Source: an uncultured virus (IMG/VR IMGVR_UViG_3300034106_003629) (lineage: Duplodnaviria; Heunggongvirae; Uroviricota; Caudoviricetes). From it: a DNA stretch of 64,000 nt. The stretch is taken from the IMG/VR virus record IMGVR_UViG_3300034106_003629; one strand, written 5' to 3'. Each line of letters starts with the position of its first letter. The stretch's first letter is position 1. Position numbers and translations under genes: made by a program. The notes below the pieces were generated by a model. It made no database searches and was not told the origin of the DNA. It saw only the letters and a list, made by a program, of their open reading frames with translations. Shown here piece by piece: positions 8,897 through 19,772 of the stretch.

Positions 8897-10939
8897 CCAA
8901 TTTCTCCAAACATTCAAAATTCCAAGTGCGTGATAGTATATCAAGATCAAATCCAAATTTATGCACCCAAAATAGAATGCTAAAAAAACCATTAGAACCA
9001 AAACAAATTTGAAAATAAGGCCATCCAGAAGAATCATTCCAACTGATTGACAACTGAATCAATGAATAGTTTTTAATAAATTTTGGAAAGTGTCTTCCAG
9101 TGTTTAGAATTTGTACATACCAATCATGTCCAAAATCCTCTCTATAATTAAATTTAATTAAGTTCATCGTCCAACTCCACGTCTTCAGTAAGGTCCTTTA
9201 ATCTATTAAAAAAGTCTTCATCTAATGGAATAAGTTTTTCTTTTCCAGTCTCAATATCATCTACCATTTGCATTAGATGTTCAAGAAACTCTTTTGGATA
9301 TGTATCATCTTCACCAAGAGATGTCCAAAACCATTCAAGACATTCTTGTTCTGGGTCTTCTACGGTTCTTGGCAAAGCATAATCGGTATAGTTGGAAGTC
9401 ATAAGGTCTGCCCAGATTCGGAATGCTCCACGAATACTTTGCCATCCTGTCATCCAACAATGTCCAATCCAATATTCCCACCAGTTCATGGTGGTTCGGT
9501 TTTTCTTTGGTGCGGTTCCTCTTACTAGTGTACTATGCATATCTTACTTTCTCAAAACGTTCCGTATTATGAACTACTTCTTCTATAATACCATACCTAA
9601 AAAATATTTTGCAACTTGGATAGGGTGAATATTTGCAATCCCATACAGAAGGATATACCTCTACAACACCATAGTGATAAACTGGTCTAACTTTACCATG
9701 AATTCCATTTGGAACCCAAATAAAGTTTAAAAATAATCTATCAGGATTATATCCATCATCACCTTCTTTTAATTCAACAAAATCAGCAGTATGTGAATCG
9801 TCAATCAAAAATAATCTACCCAATGGATCAATCCAATATTGATTCATTAGAGAATCTAGGTCTTTTGTTTGCAATTCTTTTTGATATCCTGGACCAAGAT
9901 CGTAAGAGCTTTTAATTGTGTCAAACATTCCCATAGATTTATTCTCCTATTTTTGGATCTTCATTTAGGTAATATCCTCTCCAATCTGCTACTCTAATGC
10001 ACTCATCAATATCCCATGCAAGTTTTTTATTTGCAGACGTAGAGTTACGTGGTTTGTAAACAATACCAGTATTCATGTCAATAAAACAATGTGTCTTTGG
10101 AGTATCAGTATCAGTTAATTGAAGAACTCTATAATACTTTTTATTATCATCATCTATTACAAAAGATCCAATATCTAAGTTATTATCAAGTTCTCTTCTT
10201 TTATATTTAATTTCTATTGTTTCACCCTCACTTAACTCTCTTCTACTTAAAATATAACGAGTTTCCCTAAAATAATCTTCAGTCAACTTAAGACAAAGCA
10301 GACCAGTTTTAAGAAGAATCATGTTTTTAACACGACTCTTTTCTTCTAGTCTGCTTTTGTAGTCTATATCTATATCTTCTTTTGTTTTTATACCTTTTTT
10401 GTATAATTCAAGTAAATCAGAATCCATTTTAGCTGAGATAAGATATATTATCTATAATCTTATGCCCCCATCTCCCTCATACTACGAACAAGATATTCCG
10501 TAAATTGTTCCATTTTTTCTGGATGAACTGTAGCTGGATTAGTATTGATTGCATTTCTAAGAGCGATCATCTCCTGCCATTCGGCGTCAGTGAGTTTGTT
10601 GTCCTTAGAAGAAAATGTCATGCTGGGGTGCTCCCGTAATTTGTCAGCATATTCTAACAATATTTAACCATAAAGTGTTATTTCTTAATATTATCTTTAG
10701 AGTGTTGTAACATATCTTTACGAACCAAAGGGTCCCCACGTTCCCTTATCACCTTCCATTCTCTGCTCCAATTTATCTAGAAGACCATCAAAACTCATGA
10801 TATGGTCAATATCTACAATTAACTTTGAGATTGCATTACAAACCACTGGACGTTCCTGACGAGCAGCATAAGACAGAGCATTACGAAGAGAAGATTCTGC
10901 TTCCTTCAAACTTGTTTCAACAGATTGAGAGAGTGCCAT
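8877..10939 (-). CDS. Run of hypothetical phage ORFs (8877-9167, 9154-9540, 9533-9934, 9939-10427, 10460-10622, 10718-10939)
   Basis: Contiguous minus-strand ORFs; no confident function. Confidence 0.55.
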
Positions 10940-10962
10940 AGAATTAAGTAACAACTATTGAT

Positions 10963-10991
10963 AATATATCAGCAAGTACAACCCATGTCAA
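10963..10991 (-). promoter_or_regulatory. Sigma70-like promoter
   Basis: TTGACA-17 nt-TATATT upstream of the 10718-10939 ORF. Confidence 0.75.
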
Positions 10992-12142
10992 GTAAACCAA
11001 GTAACAATTGAATAACGTGTTCCTTTGACGACAGGCATAACCTCATGAGGGTACATAAAGTTTGATGGGAATACAATTACAGACCCTGGTCTTGTTCTAA
11101 TTTGCATTTCTCTATCAAAGAATGCAAATTCACCACCAACATAGTCATCATTTAAATTAAATGACATTGAAATCGTTCTTGGTTGTGTTTTAAAACTATC
11201 AGTGTGTTGAATATAATATCCACCCTCTTGATATCTTAAAAGGTCATATCCACTATCGGACTGTAAAAAACAATCTGGGAAGTCTACAATATACTTTTTT
11301 GCTGCATCTGCAGACTTGTTAAAAAGAATATCATCTATTTTCTTCCTCACATCTTGATTTGAAGCAATTACATGACCAAGAGATATGTTAATAATATCGC
11401 AGTTCCTAACAGAAGTATTTTGATTACCATTAACACCTATCTCAGATGTTCTCCACTCTGCTGCATCTTTATATTCTGATATGATATAATCACACTCTTC
11501 CTTTGTAAGAATGTCATCATAAATTTTGATATAACTTGCAAGACTATTCAAACTTTTTGTCACAACTGGTTTAGTTTCAACTGGTTTAATCGCATCTTCG
11601 GTTATTCTATGGTCTTTATCAAAATAACTAGAAAAATAAGGACCACGACTTCTCACATAATGCAAAAATACTTGATTACAATAAGTTCCCTTAAATGGTT
11701 CTCTCCAATGAGGACCTTCTATTCCCAGATACAACATTGCATCTCCAGGATTCAAGATAACTTCCTTTTTAACCTTTTTAGGAGTCTCAATCCATATTGC
11801 CCACGGTTGATCGCAATCTAAATTAATAGTTAAAGATATCTCACAATGAGACTTGTCAATATGGGGTTTTAATTCATTACCGTGTTGATAAATTCTAGCA
11901 TAAGAATACGTGGGAACCACAGTCTCTCCAATTAACTGAGACACTGTGGTTGTTTTTTCACACAATAACTCTACAAAAGAAATATAATCATATTTACTTT
12001 TACATCCAGATACTTGAGAATCATCTTTCAAGTCATAAGTATCTGCATATTCTTTAAATTCTTCTGCTAATTGTTTTGCTTTTTCCGATGATATAAAATT
12101 AGGGACAACAACATAGTTGTCCTCAAATAATTTAGAGATCAT
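10988..12142 (-). CDS. Tandem two-domain 2OG-Fe(II) oxygenase (C-terminal domain prolyl-4-hydroxylase-like)
   Basis: Domain 1 HID...GPHWRE; domain 2 HTD...YVGGEF...PHEVMPVVKGTRYSIVTW. Confidence 0.88.
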   Translation of the reverse strand: MISKLFEDNYVVVPNFISSEKAKQLAEEFKEYADTYDLKDDSQVSGCKSKYDYISFVELLCEKTTTVSQLIGETVVPTYSYARIYQHGNELKPHIDKSHCEISLTINLDCDQPWAIWIETPKKVKKEVILNPGDAMLYLGIEGPHWREPFKGTYCNQVFLHYVRSRGPYFSSYFDKDHRITEDAIKPVETKPVVTKSLNSLASYIKIYDDILTKEECDYIISEYKDAAEWRTSEIGVNGNQNTSVRNCDIINISLGHVIASNQDVRKKIDDILFNKSADAAKKYIVDFPDCFLQSDSGYDLLRYQEGGYYIQHTDSFKTQPRTISMSFNLNDDYVGGEFAFFDREMQIRTRPGSVIVFPSNFMYPHEVMPVVKGTRYSIVTWFT

Positions 12143-12939
12143 TTAGTAGTGGAATCCTCCTCATTTTCAACTTCTTCAATCAGTTCTTCAATTTCATTTA
12201 CAACTTGCTCGGTTGGATCTTCTTCAAATAATAACTCAAGATTAAATTCACTATCCAGTACACTTAAGTCAATATTTGAAAAGTCTTTAATTATATCATC
12301 TGGTTTTGTTTGAATATCGTAAGTACCAAGCAAAGATTCCGTTCCTTTATCATCAAAGAATGATTCATCTACAGAATCATCAAATAGAGATGGATCTACA
12401 CTACCATCAAAAATCGTGATATTATCATATCCACGCTCGGACTGAAATGCAGTCTTACTCTCCTCAATGTTATCTTGAAGGGTATTTGAAGAGTAAAAGA
12501 GATTCTCGTGTGCTTCTGCTACACGTTCATGAACTTTTTGTATTTGATAATCATGGTCTTCCTTCATAGACTCAATGTTTTCTTCATGCCTCTTTTGCAT
12601 TTCCTCCATTTGCTCTTCCAATTCTTTCATAGCATCTTGCCAAGAAAGAACTTTTTTACCTTCTTCTTCCTCTCTTTCTCTCTTTATAATCATTTGACGC
12701 TCATACTCAGCATCAAAATGCTCAACATACTGTTTGAGGTCTTTACGAGTGCATGGAGTATTAGGAACGGGCGAATCATATTCAATCCACCCATTACCAT
12801 CCTCTGTGCCATCATCCCTCCATTGAATCGCCCAAAGATGTTCTATATCGACAAAAGGCCATTTATCTCCATCAAAGAAGATACCAACATCATCAATACC
12901 AATGTATCGATCCTGTTCAATTAATGTAAATTTTTTCAT
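12139..12939 (-). CDS. Acidic protein, possible tail-fibre-associated chaperone
   Basis: N-terminal HLWAIQW...GWIEY domain, coiled coil, very acidic tail; context next to collar proteins. Confidence 0.45.
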   Translation of the reverse strand: MKKFTLIEQDRYIGIDDVGIFFDGDKWPFVDIEHLWAIQWRDDGTEDGNGWIEYDSPVPNTPCTRKDLKQYVEHFDAEYERQMIIKREREEEEGKKVLSWQDAMKELEEQMEEMQKRHEENIESMKEDHDYQIQKVHERVAEAHENLFYSSNTLQDNIEESKTAFQSERGYDNITIFDGSVDPSLFDDSVDESFFDDKGTESLLGTYDIQTKPDDIIKDFSNIDLSVLDSEFNLELLFEEDPTEQVVNEIEELIEEVENEEDSTTK

Positions 12940-13271
12940 TATTCTGTTACCTCTTGTACGTTAGCAGTTAGAACTTTACTCTCTCTTGCATGTTGTAGCA
13001 TTTGAGCAGCAGCAGACAAAACATTAATATTACTTTCATTTGCTTTAACCATTTCATTCCTAAACGATTCAACTGCTGCACCAGTTGAGCGTTGTTGTTG
13101 AGAATTTTCAATCATCAACATTGGCAACCAATTAATTGCACATGCCCATTCATCCACAGGTTCACCTGTATTTGGATTAGAACCTCTTATTTGAGTATAC
13201 CAAGAACATTCAAGTCCCTTACAATCTGATTGAATTAGGGGGCAAAAGTTTCCAGGTTTAATTTGAGCCAT
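12939..13271 (-). CDS. Cys-rich conserved phage protein
   Basis: FCPLIQSDCKGLECSW...WACAINW...AAVESFRNEMVKAN. Confidence 0.65.
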   Translation of the reverse strand: MAQIKPGNFCPLIQSDCKGLECSWYTQIRGSNPNTGEPVDEWACAINWLPMLMIENSQQQRSTGAAVESFRNEMVKANESNINVLSAAAQMLQHARESKVLTANVQEVTE

Positions 13272-13306
13272 AATTAAGTCAAAATAGTAATTGTATTATA
13301 ACATAT

Positions 13307-13882
13307 TTAGTTTAATGAGCAAATTATAGTATCTACATATTGAACTGCTAAATTTAACGAATATGCCCTAGTTTCATTCATAGATGCAGATCCACTAAAT
13401 GGGTGAGTATGAGACCCACCTCCAGAATTTTCATTCATTCCACCAGTTCCACTTGTTCCAGAAACAAGAAAAGAACCACCAAAACTAAATGGAGTTGCAC
13501 CAGAACCTCCAAGTCCTCCTGTTAATCCTACGTGAGTATGATCTGGTAATTGTGATAATGCTAACGTAGTATTACCAACATTTTGAACTGTAGTGGGTGC
13601 TAATCCAACTGGAAATGTACTGTTAACATTTACAGAAAAGTTACCACTCGTTGAGGATAATACCGTTGTAAAATTTACTGCACCACCAGATCCACCACCA
13701 GTCCCAGAAACAACTCTTAGTGCTTTATTATTTTGGGTAGAAAGTCTTGTCCATCCTGTAGGTGCAGTTGCTTGATAAAATACCTTTATAGTCCCAGCAG
13801 GATATATCCAGTAAAAACTATTAATAGAATTTGCTGTATCTGCAATGTTAAATAAAATTCCAGTAGAAGTTAGTCTTGCCAT
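13307..13882 (-). CDS. Short tail-collar/fibre-like protein
   Basis: PAGTIKVFYQATAPTGWT collar-like motif; LPDHTH and SHTHPFSG HxH motifs; start re-assigned to MARLTST. Confidence 0.7.
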   Translation of the reverse strand: MARLTSTGILFNIADTANSINSFYWIYPAGTIKVFYQATAPTGWTRLSTQNNKALRVVSGTGGGSGGAVNFTTVLSSTSGNFSVNVNSTFPVGLAPTTVQNVGNTTLALSQLPDHTHVGLTGGLGGSGATPFSFGGSFLVSGTSGTGGMNENSGGGSHTHPFSGSASMNETRAYSLNLAVQYVDTIICSLN

Positions 13883-13883
13883 A

Positions 13884-14447
13884 TCAATCAAAAGAGCAGA
13901 GAATAACGTCAATATATTGTAGTCTTAAATCAACAGAACCACTACCAGTTGCAGTAAAATTTATATTACCACTAAACGGGTGATTATGTGATCCACCAGT
14001 GCCTCCAGGAGACACAACACCTCCAGTATTATTTGAACCACTTACCAAGAAATTAGATCCTCCACTTGAAGCACTTCCACTTCCACCAGTTAAAGAATTG
14101 TGAGTATGATTTGGTATTTGTGAAGTTGTTAGTGTTGTATTTCCAACAGTGCCCGTAACAGGAACATTTGCACTAAAACTAACACTCACTGGAGAAGTGC
14201 TACTTGGAAATACTGTACTAAAAGACAGTCCACCAGCACCAGATACTCCACCAAATCCAAAGTTACCACCAGTTCCAGACACGACTCTTAGTGCTTTATC
14301 ATTATGAGTAGTAGATTTTGTCCATCCAGTAGGTGCTGCCGCTTGGAAGAATACCGATACTGTTCCTTGTGCCAAAACTCCATACTTTGAATTTAATGAA
14401 GTTCCATCATCAAAAGTTAAACCAGTAGCGGTTAATGTTGCTGCCAT
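13884..14447 (-). CDS. Short tail-collar/fibre-like protein (paralogue)
   Basis: FFQAAAPTGWTK...KALRVVSGTGG; IPNHTH and SHNHPFSG. Confidence 0.7.
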   Translation of the reverse strand: MAATLTATGLTFDDGTSLNSKYGVLAQGTVSVFFQAAAPTGWTKSTTHNDKALRVVSGTGGNFGFGGVSGAGGLSFSTVFPSSTSPVSVSFSANVPVTGTVGNTTLTTSQIPNHTHNSLTGGSGSASSGGSNFLVSGSNNTGGVVSPGGTGGSHNHPFSGNINFTATGSGSVDLRLQYIDVILCSFD

Positions 14448-14473
14448 CTTACAATAATATTTCTTTTATTTAC

Positions 14474-14815
14474 TTATTTATCCTTTATCCAAAATCCATC
14501 CCCAGTCATAGTCCAACCTTCTGCAACCATTTCATCATAAGTCATAGAAGGAAGTTTCTTCATAATAAAAGAACCATCTCCATTATCAACCCACTCAATA
14601 TTATCTCCTGCTTTTAAATTAGCAGCATCAAGCAAATCATCAGGGAGACTAATAAAGTATTCTTCATGTACTTTTTCAACTTCCAAAATCCAAGTCTTTT
14701 TAGGATCTTTTGCCATAACTTTATTAAAATCAGATTCTTTAACTTCTTGCCAACCAAGAAATTCTCTTTCTCTAATAGTCTCTCCTTTATCAGGAGATTC
14801 ATAAATTTTTGCCAT
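14474..14815 (-). CDS. AbrB/MazE-like DNA-binding domain protein
   Basis: YFISLPDDLLDAANLKAGDNIEWVDNGDGSFIMKK swapped-hairpin pattern. Confidence 0.65.
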   Translation of the reverse strand: MAKIYESPDKGETIREREFLGWQEVKESDFNKVMAKDPKKTWILEVEKVHEEYFISLPDDLLDAANLKAGDNIEWVDNGDGSFIMKKLPSMTYDEMVAEGWTMTGDGFWIKDK

Positions 14816-14927
14816 GATTACTTGTAAATGAAAGGATCTTCTTTGCTAAGTTGTTTAGCTAATTTTTTGCTTTTTTGATTTTCAAGATATTCTACAAATA
14901 AATTGTATATCTTTCTAATATATTTAA

Positions 14928-15713
14928 TCATAACTTCAAAAATTTGTAAATGTTTTGTGCGGTTAATTTATTAGATTTTATGCCAGGATGACTCATATCT
15001 CTAGCATAATCATCTGGTATTGGTTTATGCAAATCACAACCTAATAATTTTGATGTTGTTGGAAAAAAAGAGAATTCATAATATTGAGTCTTTCCTTCCC
15101 ACAAATTCCTAATTAACTCAACATTTATAAGATTAAATGGAACCAAATGATCTACAAATTTACTATTATTTTCACAATCAAGTTTTAACTCTACGCGATT
15201 TCTTTGATACATCAAATATCTTGTAATACCTGGCATACAATAAATCACACATTTTGGAGTTCCATATTTTTTATAAAGCATTAATGAATTATGTAAAGCA
15301 AACTGTATTGATGAACCTCCCATTCCCAAATTAATTACAGGTATTTCATAAAGTTCTTCCAAAAATGCAGGTATTGTATGAGAATCATCTATACCAGTTC
15401 CAAAAATATACGAACAACCAAAAATAACTATTGAATTTGACCAATTGATATCATTAAACTCTTTGGTTCTATATCCATGAGAATTTAAAGTATATTTTAC
15501 TTTATTTTTTCGATAGTACCAGTCGGGAGATTGGAGTTGTAAATTTAACTGATATTTATCGCAATCATCAGAACCAAAAAAATCCCAACTACCACATATA
15601 TCAAATTTATCACCATTTTTTATGGATTGTCCAAAATTTTGAACTGTTGTATTTGGTAGTGGAATAAACTCTTGATTATTGATTGAACGTATTATATTTG
15701 GATTGACCTTCAC
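14928..15713 (-). CDS. SGNH/GDSL-like hydrolase-fold protein, paralogue 1
   Basis: NSHGYR..IFGCSYIFGTG..NLGMGGSS..ARDMSHPG. Confidence 0.65.
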   Translation of the reverse strand: MKVNPNIIRSINNQEFIPLPNTTVQNFGQSIKNGDKFDICGSWDFFGSDDCDKYQLNLQLQSPDWYYRKNKVKYTLNSHGYRTKEFNDINWSNSIVIFGCSYIFGTGIDDSHTIPAFLEELYEIPVINLGMGGSSIQFALHNSLMLYKKYGTPKCVIYCMPGITRYLMYQRNRVELKLDCENNSKFVDHLVPFNLINVELIRNLWEGKTQYYEFSFFPTTSKLLGCDLHKPIPDDYARDMSHPGIKSNKLTAQNIYKFLKL

Positions 15714-15882
15714 TGATCTTTAAGATATTGCTTCTTTGCTTTTTTAAGTTCTTTCAGTTCTGATTTAATCTCTTTATATGCTGTTTGAGCATCAATTTTA
15801 TCACCCATTTCAAGAGCACAAATAATATCAACTCTTGTTCCAAAATGTGCTAATGCTTTTTCAAAATCATCCAATTCGTACA

Positions 15883-16191
15883 TTACTTATCTCCCAATGT
15901 ATATTGCTTCATATTATATATTGGTGGGCAGTGAGCATCAATTTGTGCTTGAAGACGGTTCTCCATTTCATACAAAGAGTTTGTAGTCTCTATATTTTCT
16001 ATTTCTAACCTCTTAATATCCTCAAGTGCTCCTTTATATTTTTGTTCAAGATATTCCACCCGTGTCTCTAAAGATTGAATTAAATCAAGTAAAGTAAATT
16101 TACTTCCAATAAAACCATCAGCACAATCTACGATTACTTTCTTTTCTTTGTCGGATACAAAGAACCAGTTAATAAAGTTTTTAATGTTCAC
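15883..16191 (-). CDS. Hypothetical coiled-coil protein
   Basis: RLEIENIETTNSLYEMENRLQ. Confidence 0.6.
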   Translation of the reverse strand: MNIKNFINWFFVSDKEKKVIVDCADGFIGSKFTLLDLIQSLETRVEYLEQKYKGALEDIKRLEIENIETTNSLYEMENRLQAQIDAHCPPIYNMKQYTLGDK

Positions 16192-16341
16192 AATACACCT
16201 ACCGATTTTAAATAACGTCGATATGCAGCAAATCTACCTAAAGATGGTTGTCCAATAACATTTAATTGGTGACAAATTTCACAATAACATAACCACTCAT
16301 ACCAAGGTGTTGTTGGATCTAACACATGATATGGATATTCT

Positions 16342-16554
16342 TTAGAGTTTTCCACCTACTTCACCTTCATAAGTTCTGGTCTCAGTCCAACCTTCCTGCC
16401 GTCCTTTAAGATAAAAACGGGTTGCTTGAATACACGACTGCTCAGTGAGAGAGGTGATAAGTCCATTACCTTCTTCGTCTGTGGAATACCAAAGTCCATA
16501 CTTTTTTTGATCTACGTAAAAACATCCGTCAATTAACTTTTTATCTTCTGTCAT
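16342..16554 (-). CDS. Conserved hypothetical cyanophage-type protein
   Basis: Ends YEGEVGGKL. Confidence 0.6.
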   Translation of the reverse strand: MTEDKKLIDGCFYVDQKKYGLWYSTDEEGNGLITSLTEQSCIQATRFYLKGRQEGWTETRTYEGEVGGKL

Positions 16555-16736
16555 TTTTTCACAGGTTTTGGTTTTAGAGTTTTATTTTCATTTACTTGTT
16601 TTACTGTATTATGAAGTTGCTTTAATGCTTCAATAGTCTCTGGTGTCTCTTCCCAACTCCAGTCATTTGAATTTGTGTCAGAAAATGTACGGATTGCCAT
16701 GTCCTCTATAGCATCTGGTGTAATGATAACACATTA

Positions 16737-17525
16737 TCAAGCAACTTGCAATCCTAATCCTTGTATTATTCTTCCCGCTATAATTTTATTTGTTAATTTT
16801 CCTTGATGGGCAACATAAGACCCTGATTTTTGTTTTACTAAATCACGAGCAGAATCTATTTGATTTACATATTCACAATTTAATATTTTAGCAGTATCAT
16901 AAAATAAACTTAAATCAAAATAATTAGTCTTATTTTTCCAAAATTCTTGGAAAGTCATCGCATTTAACTTTAAATGTGTGATTGCATTATTCTTATCAAT
17001 ATTCCAATAATAACCAATTTTAAATCTATCATAATTCCAATTTCCACAATGCATCACGCGATCTTCAGTATAATATGGAAGTCTATATGGAGAAGTCCAA
17101 ATACTAACAACTGCCTTTGGAGTTGGATATGACTCATTTAACAGTATAGAATTATGTAAAGTGAATAAAGAGGATGACCCAGTAGAACCTAAATTAATCA
17201 CTGAGCAATTTGTCATACTTTCTAATTGTCCAGATATAGTATCTTCCTCTGAAGTTCCAACACCAAATACATGAGAACATCCAAAAATCACGATTGATTT
17301 TGACCAATTTATTTGATTGAAATCTTTTGTTCTATATCCAGCACTATTTAAATTATATTCAACTTTATTAACCCGATAATACCAATCATCAGGTTGTTCT
17401 TTTAGATTTGTTTTATAAAGTTCCTTAGTATCTTGGTCAAACCATTCATGATTACCAGTGATTAGTTCTTGATTTGGAAGAAGTAATTTTTGTTCAAATC
17501 TTTCAGATAATTTTAAAAATGTCAT
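16737..17525 (-). CDS. SGNH/GDSL-like hydrolase-fold protein, paralogue 2
   Basis: NSAGYR..IFGCSHVFGVG..NLGSTGSS..ARD...AHQG. Confidence 0.65.
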   Translation of the reverse strand: MTFLKLSERFEQKLLLPNQELITGNHEWFDQDTKELYKTNLKEQPDDWYYRVNKVEYNLNSAGYRTKDFNQINWSKSIVIFGCSHVFGVGTSEEDTISGQLESMTNCSVINLGSTGSSSLFTLHNSILLNESYPTPKAVVSIWTSPYRLPYYTEDRVMHCGNWNYDRFKIGYYWNIDKNNAITHLKLNAMTFQEFWKNKTNYFDLSLFYDTAKILNCEYVNQIDSARDLVKQKSGSYVAHQGKLTNKIIAGRIIQGLGLQVA

Positions 17526-18946
17526 GAGAATATTTGAATATTATAGCGTCTAGACCACTTATCACAATCCCTCTCATCATTTAACATCGGTTGCCCTTTA
17601 ATATTTAAACTAGTATTTAAAAGCATGGGATGACCAGTTTTTGCTTTCCATTGATATAGTAAATTATAAAGTCTAGGAGCATCACTTTTTTTAACAGTTT
17701 GCAATCTACTTGTTCCATCAACATGAACAATTCCAGGGAACTTTTCTGGATATTTACATCTAACGGTGTGTTGCATAAATGGACTTTCTATCAAATCCTG
17801 ATGCATATCAAAATAAGTATTGGCAAACTCTATAGGAACAACTGGAGAGAATGGTCTATAAGATTCTCTATTTTTGATTTTATTAACTCTATCTTTTATT
17901 TCTGGATCAGATGGGTCTGCTATTAAACTCCTTGCACCCAATGCTCTTGGACCAAACTCCGATCTACCTCTCGCAAGTCCACACACTTTATGCTCATACA
18001 AATATTTTACAATCTCAGTGTTTGTATGTTTATGTTGCAGATAATATCCAAGATAGGGTGTGAATTTGATATGAATTTTCTTGTGCGCCAATACAGCACC
18101 AATCGCAGATCCACTGTCTCCAGGTGCTGGCATTATCCACACATTTTTAAAATGATTATAAGCATGTTTATTTGCTACGCAATTTAAAGCACAACCCCCC
18201 ATCAATACAAGGTTATTAGTTGGCACCAATTTTTTAGCAAGTCTCAGTGCATTATTAAAAAGAATCTCATACACTTCTTGAGTTGCCGCAGCAATATCTT
18301 CTTTTGATTCTTCTGGTCTCCAATCTTTACATCCCTGATGTAAATTTAACTTACATTTAAAATCTTCTGTTATGAAATCATCAAAAATAGCATCTTTTAA
18401 TTTATGTTTATCTCCCAATGCAGATAAAGCCATCAAAATATATTCTTCTTCATTCGGTTTTAAACCACACCGCTGAGTCATTGCAGAATACAGTAATCCC
18501 ACACTATTTGGATACTTTAATTCATACTTTAACTTTAAATTATTGCCACTTGCTTCCCAAATTGTAAGTGTTTGAAATTCTCCAATAGCATCTATGACTA
18601 AAATAACAGCATGTTTAAATTTACTAGTAAAATAACCACCACATGCATGGGTATAGTGATGGTTAAAAAATTTGTGCTTGCACTCATAATATCTTTCAAA
18701 ATTATTCACAAATGGACCTTGACCTGCATAAATTTGTCTCATCCTCTTTTTTAAAGGATTTTCATACCAACAAATTAATTCTGGTTTTCCATATCTTAAA
18801 GCATAGTTTAATAAAGAATCTGAAATATATGGATCATTTTTAATTTTACTAAAACGTTCACTCTCACTGGCGAATACCAATTCGTCTTTTACAAATACTG
18901 ACAATGCAGCATTATGACTATTAGATGATATCCCCCATGTTATCAT
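17522..18946 (-). CDS. Carbamoyltransferase, NodU/CmcH family (full length)
   Basis: HNAALS, SERFSKIKND, HHYTHA, GGCALNC, PGDSGSAIG, EFGPRALGARS, HVDGTSRLQTV, LLNTSLN. Confidence 0.93.
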   Translation of the reverse strand: MITWGISSNSHNAALSVFVKDELVFASESERFSKIKNDPYISDSLLNYALRYGKPELICWYENPLKKRMRQIYAGQGPFVNNFERYYECKHKFFNHHYTHACGGYFTSKFKHAVILVIDAIGEFQTLTIWEASGNNLKLKYELKYPNSVGLLYSAMTQRCGLKPNEEEYILMALSALGDKHKLKDAIFDDFITEDFKCKLNLHQGCKDWRPEESKEDIAAATQEVYEILFNNALRLAKKLVPTNNLVLMGGCALNCVANKHAYNHFKNVWIMPAPGDSGSAIGAVLAHKKIHIKFTPYLGYYLQHKHTNTEIVKYLYEHKVCGLARGRSEFGPRALGARSLIADPSDPEIKDRVNKIKNRESYRPFSPVVPIEFANTYFDMHQDLIESPFMQHTVRCKYPEKFPGIVHVDGTSRLQTVKKSDAPRLYNLLYQWKAKTGHPMLLNTSLNIKGQPMLNDERDCDKWSRRYNIQIFS

Positions 18947-19772
18947 ATTTTTTCTCCCAATAACTTACTGGTAGTGTTGGATCTTCTTTTACAAAATTTT
19001 TATCCTTATTTGCAGGACACATTGAACAATATGACTCATCTTCTTTGTTTAAAAACTTTTCCAGCTCATCATCACTACAATCTGGTTCTAATGGTTGATA
19101 TTTAAGATATACATTCCATTTATCGCTTAAATTATATTTTTTAGATTGCATTGGTAAATAAGCCAATGCTGGACACTTCCACAATTTATTTTCATGTAGT
19201 TGGATAGCATGTTTAGATAAACACTTTTCCCAACTTTGCCTAGGATTATTATGCTCATAAGGCATCATATTATTTCCAAACCCAGTATATTGTGGTGTCC
19301 AATATTCATTAGTATAATCCCAAAATTCTACATGCACTCCAAGATCATGTCTCCATTGCTTAGCAAGAGTATATCCACGTTTAAACTTTTTTACATAGTT
19401 TTTATGAGTGGTGCTGTGTATAGATATTGCTAAATTTGTCTGAGTTGCTATCAGTGCTTTTGGGAGTTTTGGATGATTATGTAAAAAACTAGCATTAGAT
19501 ACAAGGTCAATTTGTGTATATGGATCAGGATAAATCATCCTCACCAAATATACAATATCAGTAAGTTCTTTATTTAAAGTTGGTTCACCACCAAGAATAA
19601 CAAAAGTTTTTGGTCTTATTCTTTGACCCCAAATATATAGCCAATCTTTTATAGTTTCTAGGGTTAATGTCCCAGAATGACCGTGATTTGAATAATGAGA
19701 GCATCCCTCACAAGTAAAATTGCAAGTATGAGTTACATGCAGTTCTATTTGTTTAGTATCAAATTGTTTCAT
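18921..19772 (-). CDS. Radical SAM protein with C-terminal Cys-rich (SPASM/Twitch-like) region
   Basis: CNFTCEGC (CxxxCxxC), GGEPTL, KC...WKCP...CSMCP. Confidence 0.9.
   Translation of the reverse strand: MKQFDTKQIELHVTHTCNFTCEGCSHYSNHGHSGTLTLETIKDWLYIWGQRIRPKTFVILGGEPTLNKELTDIVYLVRMIYPDPYTQIDLVSNASFLHNHPKLPKALIATQTNLAISIHSTTHKNYVKKFKRGYTLAKQWRHDLGVHVEFWDYTNEYWTPQYTGFGNNMMPYEHNNPRQSWEKCLSKHAIQLHENKLWKCPALAYLPMQSKKYNLSDKWNVYLKYQPLEPDCSDDELEKFLNKEDESYCSMCPANKDKNFVKEDPTLPVSYWEKKYDNMGDII

Noticed and set aside
14474..14815. AbrB/MazE protein as half of a toxin-antitoxin pair
   Set aside because: No adjacent MazF, VapC or other toxin-like ORF
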